From: Lingula anatina
Taxonomy: Eukaryota; Animalia; Brachiopoda
Direction: 5' to 3'
Assembly: GCA_051362555.1 (NCBI GenBank)
Contig: CM120643.1
Coordinates: forward strand, 18,542,848 to 18,606,847
DNA: 64,000 bases
In this document: positions 24,224 through 35,300 of the stretch, piece by piece
How positions within the stretch are numbered: the first letter of the stretch is position 1
How the letters are laid out: every line of letters begins with the position of its first letter
Notes under the pieces: generated by a model
Seen by the model: the letters and a program-made list of their open reading frames with translations, nothing else
Database searches by the model: none
What the model was told of the DNA's origin: nothing
Program-made: the position numbers and the translations under genes

Positions 24224-27200
24224 ATGATGGCATCTCCCAGTCCCACGGATCCTCCAAACGAAGCAGTTCCACAGATACAGAGCCGTAAACTACGCATATG
24301 TGATCTGATTGGAAGTGGCGCATTTGGGGAAGTGTACAAGGCTGAGCATACGGAACTGCACCACAGTGTGGCAGTGAAGTGCATATGCAGTGCATATAGA
24401 TTAGATGCAAGGCATGTGTATAGTACAAATTATATGTATTGTTATGGTTCTTAACACTATCGGTCAAGCTTATAGTAACCCCAACCCTCTGTCATCAATT
24501 ATCATTAAATAGCACTCTCACTAACGTAGTATAAACACACTTGACAGCAGTGATCCCTCTGATCAGTAGACACACAATGTATTTATATCAGCACACTTAG
24601 AAATAAAGTTAGTTGTTGTAGTCAAGTCCTTCTTGGAGTTGTTTCATGGTGTCAGAAGTACGTGACTGTGTTTTCTAACAATACAGTGAGCCAACGCTGA
24701 TAACCAGTTGATAAAAAAGTCTTTCCACATGGAGCTGGGAGCTTTACCAGTACCTGCCATGAACTGGCATGCTACCGATGCAGTTCAGGAGTACAAGAAG
24801 TTCAAACAGATGTGCGAGTTATACTTTGATGGTCCACTAAAGAACAAATCTAAGACTGAAAAGATTGCGTACCTCCAGATATGGGCTGGAGAGACTGGAC
24901 GAGACCTAGTAAGCACATGGAACTTGACTGGGGATGAATCTAAGGAATTAAAAACCTACTTTGACAAATTTGAAGAATTTGTTAAGCCTTAAAGCAATTT
25001 TAGACTAGCCAGATTTAAGCTGAGGACCCTTACGCAAGGTAACGGGGAAACTGTAGATCAATTCTTGAAGAGAATTCGTTCTCTGGTCAGCGAGTGCAAG
25101 TATACCCAACCAGATGAACAAATACTTGACACGCTCATTTTTGGATGCAAATCAGCCCGCACGCAGTCCAAATTACTGGAATTGGGTGAAACTCTGTCAT
25201 TGGACAAGGCGATTGACATTGCAAGAACTCGGGAAGCGACCTCGCAGCAACTCACAGACATCAATCGAGACGCCCAGGTCCATGCAGTCAAGCACAACAA
25301 ACCGTTTCGCCCTAAACCTACATTTAAAGGGACACATAAGAAAAGAGAAACTTCTACCATGGCCTCAAAGTGCCACCCCACAATGGAAAATCAGTGCAAT
25401 AACTGTGGATCAAAACATGATCATAGTAAAAGAGAGCTGTGCCCAGCATACGGGTCCACATGCTTTGGCTGTGGGAAACTTAACCACTGGAGAAAGTGCT
25501 GCCGCTCCGAGCACAAGCAGTCCACAATTCATCGTGGAAACAGGCCACACAGACACGTCGTCACTCCCAAGCAGCAAATGCATAGAGTGCATGCCTGCAG
25601 CGAAGACGACTGTGAGCCACAAGAGAGCAACGAGCTATATTTTAACCCAATATACGTGGGCAGCATTGAAAGCAAGCGTGCTTTCATTAACCTGAAAATC
25701 AGCTCTGAGCAAAATAGTATCACTTTTCCGTGCAAAGTTGATACTGGTGCTGATGGAAACCTAATCACGAAGAAAGACTATGCCAAATTATGCCCTAATA
25801 ATACCAATTTGAAACCGTCTGGCGTCAAAATTGTAGCCTTTGGTGGTCAACGCATACCTCATTATGGATCATGCACCTTGACACTGACGTATGGAGGTTC
25901 AAATACTGAGCATCAATTTCACGTTGTCGAAACCAATGGGCCTACTATCCTAGGCATAGACACCTGCCAGAAACTAGGCTTAGTTACACTTAACTATGCT
26001 GTTGATCTGGAGGACAGACAGCACTCCAATGCTAACAATGCACTTCTGGAACAGTACCCCGACTGTTTCCAAGGCATTGGCTGTTTTAAAGGGGAATATC
26101 ACATTACCCTTGATCCCTCGGTGCCACCAGTGGTGCATCCACCACGCCATGTACCAGAAGCGTTACGTGAGCCTCTCAAAACGGAGCTCGAGTCTCTTGA
26201 AAAGAAAGGCATCATCGCTAAAGTAGAGGAGCCAACAGACTGGGTCAATTCGTTAGTCTGTGTCACAAAGGCTGATGGCAGCATACGCCTGTGCTTAGAC
26301 CCAAAAGATCTAAATGCCGCGATAAAAAGGCCACATCATCGAATCCCAAGCTTTGACGAAATTTTACCAAGGCTTAGCGGAGCCCGCTATTTTTCAATTC
26401 TGGATGCTCGTAGTGGTTACTGGAACATTAAACTTGACCATGAGAGTTCACTGTACACCACTTTCAATTCACCTCACGGTCGATACCGTTTCCTACGACT
26501 TCCATTTGGCCTTGTATGCGCCCAAGATGTTTTCCAGAAAAAGGTAGATGAAGCCTTCGGAGACCTAGACGGAATTACAGGAATCATTGACGACATCGTT
26601 GTCCATGGGAAAACCAAAGAGGAGCACGACAGGAATTTGCATCTCCTCATGGATCGTGCCAGAAAAATAGGCATCCGTTTCAATCCAGATAAAATGCGCA
26701 TCAGATGCAGCGAAATTCCATTCTTTGGAAACATACTCAGTTCTGAGGGTCTACAACCTGACCCAAAGAAAGTGGAATCCATCCATAGCATGGATCCGTC
26801 CAGCAACCTCGCCGATCTTCAAACGTTTCTTGGCCTCACCCAGTACCTCAGCAGGTTCATACCCAACCTGGCTTCAATTTCAGCAGTACTGTGGGACTTA
26901 ACTAAGAGCAAGAATGAGTTCGTTTGGAGCCCAGAGCATCAGGCTGCAGTAGAGAAAATCAAATCTGTCATCACCTCACCAGAAACATTGCAATATTTTG
27001 ACAGTAGCAAACCTGTAACGATTCAGGTAGACGCGTCGCAGCGCGGCCTCGGCGCCACTTTGATGCAGAACAATCGCCCTGTCGAATACAGGAGCAAATT
27101 GCTAACAGAAACCGAGACGCGGTATTCAAACATAGAGCGTGAAATGCTTGCAGTTGTACATGGATTAGAGAAGTTCCATTACTACGCTTATGGCCGTAAA

Positions 27201-30200
27201 GTCACTGTTGAAAGTGATCATAAGCCTCTCCAATCCATATTCCAGAAACATGTGAACAATGCACCTCCCAGAATCGCAAGGATGATGTTGCGCATTCAGA
27301 AATATGATGTAACAATCAAATATGTGCCAGGAAAGAACATTCCAGTCGCTGATGCTCTTTCCAGATTGTCAAAATGCGAAGGTGACACCATTCAAGGTGT
27401 AGATGTCACAGTGCATGAGATTGACATGCAGCTGAATGCAAGCCCCACCAGACTAAAGCAGATCCGAGAAGAAACGTCCAAGGACGAGACGCTTCACTCT
27501 CTTCGAAACTTCATCACAAACGGATGGCCAAACACTAGGTCAGAGTGTCCATCGCACCTCCACGACTATTGGAATTACCGTGATGAATTGTCAGTATTTG
27601 ATGGCCTTATTCTAAAAGGAACTAGAATCCTGATCCCAACAACGCTTCAAGCAGCAGTGTTAGAACAGTTACACTATGCTCATCAAGGAGCTGAAAAGTG
27701 CAAACTTCGTGCCAAAGGATCTGTATTTTGGGTCAACATTAATCGAGACATCGAAAACATGGTTAAAGCATGTGCACCATGCCAACACAACCAGAAGGCA
27801 AACGTCAAACAACCGCTAATGCCACACGACGTACCACAAAAACCATGGCACACACTGGGAGCAGACTTATTTTTTATTGACAATGACAGTTACTTGCTCA
27901 TATCTGACTATTACAGCAAATTTCCAGTAGTCAGAAAGCTGAACAATTTGCAGTCCAACACTACCATTGCTCACATGAAATCAATCTTTGAAGAATTCGG
28001 AATCCCGAGAAAGCTTATCACTGGAAATGACACTCAGTTTACTTCTGCTGAATTCCAGAAATTTAGCCACGATTATGGCTTCGAGCACGTCCAAACCAGC
28101 CCCCACTATTCACAGGCCAATGGATTTATTGAATGAGCTGTTCAAACTGTTAAAAATCTGCTGATTAAATGCAAGGAAGCTAAAACCGATCCTCATATGG
28201 CCATGTTGTGCCTTAGATGCACACCATTAGATCACAACATACCATCGCCAGCAGAACTCTTAAATTCTCGTGCTTATGATACCAATCTTCCTGCCATCCA
28301 ACCCCACCTGTCACATGCCTCTTATGACGGTGAAGATGCATGTACATGCAAAGAAAAAAGGATAAAGAAAAGAGCAGATATGATCAGTCAGCCAGAAATC
28401 TATCTGACCTACTTCCTGGTCAGCATGTGAGTGTACGACATCCCCAGAGTCACAAATGGGAACCAGCAATTGTAGATTCTACGAGACCAAACAGGAGCTA
28501 TGTTGTAAAAACTAACAATGGTGGTCAGTATGTACGCAATCGTATACACATACGTCCAACAGGAGAGAAATTCAATCAGTCTGACTTTGAAAACACCCAT
28601 TTGCAAAATCATTCACCAAGCAATGATCAGGAGTCCCGCTTTGAGAATTCAGAAGCAGCTCAGAACAAACAAGTGCCAAACACTGTGGATAACACTGTAC
28701 CCCAATCACCAGTGCCATCTCCACGACGATCTACTAGAATAACAAAAGCACCTGATAGACTGAACTTGTAACTTGTACATATGCATGAACAATGTCATAT
28801 AGCTCTACTAGCTAGGATTTTATTTATCACTGTATTAACTTTATTTTACTCACTTAAACTACATGCTTCACATGTGAGACTTCTCTTGCACAAGATGTTA
28901 CTCAAGGTATTAAAAAGACATTTATTCTGTGTTGCCACTATCAACCCTTGATTTAGCACCGATTATCTTTTCTAAAGGAAGAAGGGGATGTTATGGTTCT
29001 TAACACTATCGGTCAAGCTTATAGTAACCCCAACCCTCTGTCATCAATTATCATTAAATAGCACTCTCACTAATGTAGTATAAACACACTTGACAGCAGT
29101 GATCCCTCTGATCAGTAGACACACAATGTATTTATATCAGCACACTTAGAAATAAAGTTAGTTGTTGTAGTCAAGTCCTTCTTGGAGTTGTTTCATGTAT
29201 TAAGGCCTGTAGCCAGGGGGGTTCAAAAGAACCCCCGTTTTGGCCAGGAAAAGGTCCCTTCTGGGTAAAATTTTATCCAGGTACCTGAAGGTTTCATGGT
29301 AAAAGGTCCCATTTTTCAGAAAAAGACCCCCCCTTTTGAAATTGCTGGCTACAGGCCTGATATTACTGGTAATACTTGAGCATTTCTATTGCTTTTTTTA
29401 ATGTAAGTTATTTAGTGATGCATGTGCAATAACTTGTATTTATTGTAGCACTCTATATAGTGATTACTGATTCACTATCCAAATACTGTTAAACTAGCAC
29501 TAGTAAGTTGTTTTAAGTTACAGCAGCTATAAGTACTGTATACATTAAGTTAATGTGCTAGAAGATAATTATTGCCCAGCATAGTGATTCTCATTTGACA
29601 CAGTGGGGTATTATTGCCGTAAAGTACAAGAGGCTCTTAACATCGGAACCAAACATATTTGATTTTTCAATTCTTAACTATTTCAACCTGTATGAAAAAT
29701 CTACCTAATCATAAATGTTATGGTCAAGTCCATTCAACTTCATTTTCAATCTCTTTATAAATATATTTAAATAGAAAACAATGAAACTTAAGCCCTTTTG
29801 AGCTTTTGGGCTGATTTTGTTCATTTACGCATAACAATTTAAAAATTGTGTGTTAATATTATGAAAGTATTTTTGATATTACTTTTAATTTTTATCATTG
29901 ATGCCTTTTTTAGGGGTAAGCAAGCCTTGTATGATGAAGCAAACAAACTACTGAAAGTAAGGAGCCAGTACATTGTAAATGTCCATGGGATTTGTTTAGA
30001 ACCAAAGTGTTATGCCTTGGTGATGGACTTTGAAGAGAATGGATCATTGCAAATGTGAGTATAAATATTCACTACTCTGTCGGGTTTCATATTTGTTAAT
30101 TTAATTCATATCATTGTTTTTAATTACATTGAATACAGGTTTGAGTAGTCTAGATTTGTTTCCATTATTCATTTTTTATGTTCATCCTTACAGAATGCTG

Positions 30201-32319
30201 AAAATATTTTCCATTAATCTGCTGCCCTTGTTGCAGTCACACTTTTTATTAAATTAGTCTGTGCCATTTTTTCCTGTCTGGACACTTTAAGTACAGGCCA
30301 AGAATCTACTGTTTCAAGGCAGAAATAATGGCCAGAAACAACTTAGTTTCCATTTTACTGACATTTGGTGATAAACCAGTGTTAATGTTGCTTACTGCTA
30401 TATGTATAGAATTTTCAAATATACGGTAATGTGCCAAGCATTTCGACGGGCCCAGTCAATCCGACCAAAAAAATTATATTATAAAATTAATTTTTCTGGG
30501 CTCAAACATTTAGTCCATAGGTCAAAATCATGCGACAGAATTTTTTTCTTGTTCCGATTGTTCGACCACATCGTCGGCAAGACTCGGTAAATTTTCAAGC
30601 CAGTCATATAGATGCTGCATGCCAGGCGCTTTGCCAATTGTTGTCCTTTCAATAGCTCTCGTCAATGAGGAAGAAACTATTAATTGAAGATCTAATCTGG
30701 AAGCATGACGTACCTGTCATTCCTTTGTCCCCGATGACAAAATAGTGTTATAGACATACAATTTGTGCTAATTAAGCAGACTTGACCTCGCTGACTGATT
30801 CATCACGCCCGTAACTGGGGAAGGGGGGGGGGTTAAAAAAGGTCCATTCTGGATGAAACCAAATATCGACAGTGGGTAGAATACGTCGTAAACACCTTCA
30901 TATAGACCATATATAGCGTTTGCTAGCAATAAAAAGTTTGGGAAGAATAAGCAATTTATTTTCAAGTTTGATTGAAATAAATATGCAGATGGGGAAACGT
31001 TCTTGAAGTCAACACCGCAAGATCTTACATTTACTACAATCGACCGAAAGATCAGTGGGATCGACCGCCCAGACTTCTTGGCACCAAATACCACGCGCTG
31101 TCAAAATCTGACGAACACGTGTAGTTGTTCACCTACATGGATAACTGATTTGTCAACAATAAAAATGACGTCTTCCTTAACTCCATGAGAGCTTCATAGA
31201 GAGTTACCTGTGAGTCACTTTTTATTTCCCCAGATGCATGAAATGTTGATGATATTTAGCGTAATCCACGAAAAACTCCATTCCTGTGACCACCCTCCCC
31301 CAAAATGGGACTGTCTTCATTAACATGTGGTTTGCGCTATGCTGGACCAGACCAGATAAGACCAGTCTCATTTCTGCATGTGCTCAATTTTCGTGTCAAA
31401 TTATAAATGCACTTGTTTTGTGAAAATTATGGCAATTAAATGCTTATTTTACGTTCGGGTTGTATCAGTGGGGTTTTCAATATGCACCGTGGTTTGTGCA
31501 CAGCGAGAGTATATAAGTAAGAAAATCGGAAGAGTGCCAGCAAGATAGGCCTACTGTATGTCTATCGGCACAGGTAGGCTCCGTATTTTGCCTTTTCTCA
31601 ATATGTTTTAATATGACATGCTTTTTAAATAAAATACTTTAAAGTAATTTGAAGTTACACTGAATTCCGTTTGTGTACCAGTTGGTATTCTTTGATACGG
31701 GTGATTGAATTTTCTTCAGAAGTACGTCTATGCCTCGATGCTGAGCAAGCCTTGCGGGTTGAAAACAACTGATCTCAGACTGGTAAAAAATTTCAGTTCG
31801 GTTGATTTCAGTTGTCATATTATATAGGGCGTACGTAGATCACATAACTAGTTTAAGTCTACTAAAGCTACCGGTTTCAAATATAAGTGACCGGCCTTTG
31901 TTTACAACACCTGTCTCTGGGGAAATACTCGTCCCACTCGTGAAGCGCATCATGAAAATGATCGTAAGTGAGGGAAATATATAATTAGAAATTATAATTG
32001 TCGTCTTTTTTAATGTTAAGTAATGTTAGCACATATTGTACACAGCAAAATAAGATTTTAAAAGGAGGATAAAACAAGCCTGAAACACGTGTTAGGCGAA
32101 AATTGCGGCTTATCTTGCGTAACACTTCCGGTAAAATGCAATACTTCTGGAAAGATGGATGTTTTGGCAGATGCCCCTAACAATCCGACGATATCAAAGG
32201 TTTCCATTTGCTGTATTTTAATCAATTCGACCAAACTGACATTTCCATGAAATAAATTAATTAATCTTGGTCGAATTGTTTGGCATATTACCGTAGAATA
32301 TTTCAGGCATTTTATTTAC

Positions 32320-32350
<31 letters not shown>

Positions 32351-35300
32351 TAGATATTTGGTATTTTAACATTTCCCTTAAATAGAGTTTACAATACTCT
32401 GAATAAATGAGAAATCAGAAGTTATAATGTAATTTGTGTAAATACTTCAGGTTATTTGAGAAGACTGATATCCCATGGCCGCTGCGTTGGAGAATTCTTT
32501 ACCAGACTTCCCTGGGGATGAACTACCTGCACACCCTGAACCCCATGATCCTCCACCTCGACCTCAAGTCACAGAATGTGCTACTCAGCGAGGATTTCCA
32601 TGTCAGAGTTAGTGAAGCAGCTTTTTTTTTTTTTTTTTTTTTTTTTCAATTTCAAAATTTTTTTCAGTACCAAATTCCAATTTTTGAACTGTAAGTATGT
32701 AGAAGAATCCTGAACTGCTTTTGTTTATTTTGTAAAACATTTATTTTCTTTAAATTTATTTCTTTATTATTTTCTTTTAATTTTTTGGTTGGGAGGGAGG
32801 TAGGCAGATGTGCAACTGTTAAGACCATCGTGGCAATTAAGAATTATAAATATTTGTGTGAATAATTAATTAATTAATTTATTTTTCAGATCTGTGACTT
32901 TGGTCTATCCATGTGGAAGAGGCACTCCACAGGGGCAGGGGGGATAGAGAAGAAAGTGGGTGGTACCGTCACACATATGCCTCCAGAGGCCATGCAAGAC
33001 ATCAACATGGTGCCAACTACCAAGTTTGATATTTATGGGTAAGTTGGTTGTTAGTTGAACCCTGTAATAACATGGGTACTAATATTATTTTAGATTCTGT
33101 CTCCAGAATGTTCCTTGCATTATTTGTCCTGATGTCAGGGCACAGTGCTGAATACAATTTTTTTCAGGACTTATGTTTTTGTTGTTATTGTTGTTCTTAT
33201 AGGTTTTTAACACACAAGCCCAAGTGCCTCCATAATTATTACTGAAATTATGTTTTGACCCAAAAGTCATAAAATAAATGATTCTGAATAAATATTCTTT
33301 GTAACATATGGAAATGCACATGCATGCACAAAAACAATCATACCCCAGTACATGTACATGTATGTTGAACACATGCACTTACATGTTCACACATAAATGT
33401 AAACAAAACTATTGATTTCACATATACTGTACATTTAATATAATAATATAATATAATATAATATTAGTTGCCAGTTTGCCAAAGCAGTACTTTTAAGTCT
33501 TTTCATTGTATTTGGATTTATACTTGCAGCTTTGGTATTCTCATCTGGGAGGTTTTATCAGGGAAAACACCTTATCAAAGTAAGCCATAATATGAAAATA
33601 ATATAAATACTTGATACTCAAAACAGTAAAGTGTTTAAAGATGAGTTTAATATACTTGACTGATATATATTAAGAATGTATGTACAATTTCAATTATAGC
33701 TATCCATGACAGTTCAGAAAACAATGATCTGTAAACCCGTTTTTGAGTTCTGAATTTTTTGTGTTACCATCACAAGTGAAATTCACCAGTCTCTATCTCT
33801 ATTACAAGAGTGACTCGAGTCATAAAATACATGATTCTGAATAGAAAGTTGAAACTCAAAAACAGACTTATGATGGATGATTATTTTGTGAAAATGTTTT
33901 ATAATTATTGTATCATATATTAGTTCCTTGGAAATGAAGCAAAGAATGTTTAAATTTCTAGGGCAGTTAAATTTTTGCCACACACACACACACACACGCA
34001 CGTGCACGCACGCACGCACGCGTGTGTGTGTGTTTAAAGTGCATTGTGTGCCCTTTATCAAATAACTGATATATTTTCAGTATATTTATTTATTTATTTA
34101 TATTTTCAGTATTTCTTTATATATTCAGATGCAGCCAACGAACTGCACATTCAAGGCTGTGTCAAAGCAGGTCAGAGGCCCGACTTAAAAAGTATAAATA
34201 TCCCTTCAGAGCTGGAACAGGAGGGGCAGTGTGTCTTGAAATTAATGGAGAAATGCTGGCATCAGAGACCACAGTTCAGACCAGAGTTTTCAGGTGTGTT
34301 TTATAAGATAAAAATGAGAAATAAGCATTTTATGTCATGAAATGATTTTTCAATGTTTTTTATTTATTGATGGTAAAAAGATAATTGTTTCTGCAAAGAT
34401 TACATTTTTCTCATAAGATGATGTCATTGAATAATTATTTTAGATATGTTTAATTTTTGTGAATTGTACAAGATGAAGTAATAAAATAAACAACAAAGAA
34501 GTAAAAATTGAGCGTAATAACATCATAAATGGGAGATGCTTTTTCATGCAGAGTCTGTAGGATTGTTAGAACAAGTCTACACAAAGTATAAACAAGATGC
34601 CAAAGCTGCTGCAAATAATCTTCCAAAACAGATGGTAAGCTGTTTGGTTGGGAGATATGTGTGAAGTGGTAGGGAGATATGTTTGTTTATGTGTGTGAAG
34701 AAGTGTGTATGCATGTTTGTGTGTGTGTGGGTATGTGAGAGAGAGAGAGATTGGGGGAGCAAAGTAGAAAATGACTGCCTAGAAAAATCATCAGTAATTT
34801 GGAGTATAAAACCTAAACTCTTTTTCTGTTATGAGAGCATCATGTATTTTTAATTTATTGTATACATTAAAATCAAAGGAAAACGTACGAATTTATAATT
34901 GAATTTTTTGAGGGGCTGGTGGTACCTTAAACCCCCCCCCCCATGAAAACACTGTCACTTTAAGACAATTGAAGCAGCTTAAAATGTCCTAAATTTCAAA
35001 CAGGAAGAGGAGTCTGCAGTGACAGGTATGACAAATGAGTTTGAGGGGCTGACCCTGGAAGACATTGTGACACGTTATAGCAATACTGTGGTTCCACAGG
35101 AAAAACAAATGGACCAAGATTTGACAGAAGTGAACATGGATGCAGAGCCAGTGCTCCCAATAGGTATGTCTAGTAGCAAAGATGTTTGTGCAAAGATTAA
35201 TAGGAGTGGGGTGGAGGGATGTTAGAGTGAAGATTATCAGATACTTGAGCTAGTATTAGCCGTGATAGGTTTTGGTACACTTGACATATCTGATTTTAAG

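Larger units (their letters stand above)
24440..29195 (+). mobile_element. Full-length Ty3/Gypsy LTR retrotransposon (Mag-like)
   Basis: 207-bp LTRs (TG...CA) at 24440-24646 and 28989-29195, with one visible mismatch. 5-bp TSD TGTAT on both sides. PBS TGGTGTCAGAAGT (24647-24659, complementary to a tRNA-Leu 3' end). PPT AAAGGAAGAAGGGGA (28974-28988). Domain order gag-PR-RT-RH-IN. Confidence 0.97.

Noticed and set aside
24990-24992. Programmed stop-codon readthrough between gag and pol
   Set aside because: The TAA lies early within gag, before the knuckles, not at a gag-pol junction; more likely a nonsense mutation.
26570-26600. RT catalytic motif IIDD instead of YxDD
   Set aside because: Non-aromatic variants (I[AVI]DD) are familiar in Mag-type Gypsy elements, so this is not evidence of novelty or inactivation.
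30768-31188. ORFs inside the 1.87-kb TIR element as transposase
   Set aside because: No DDE/D or HTH motifs recognisable.
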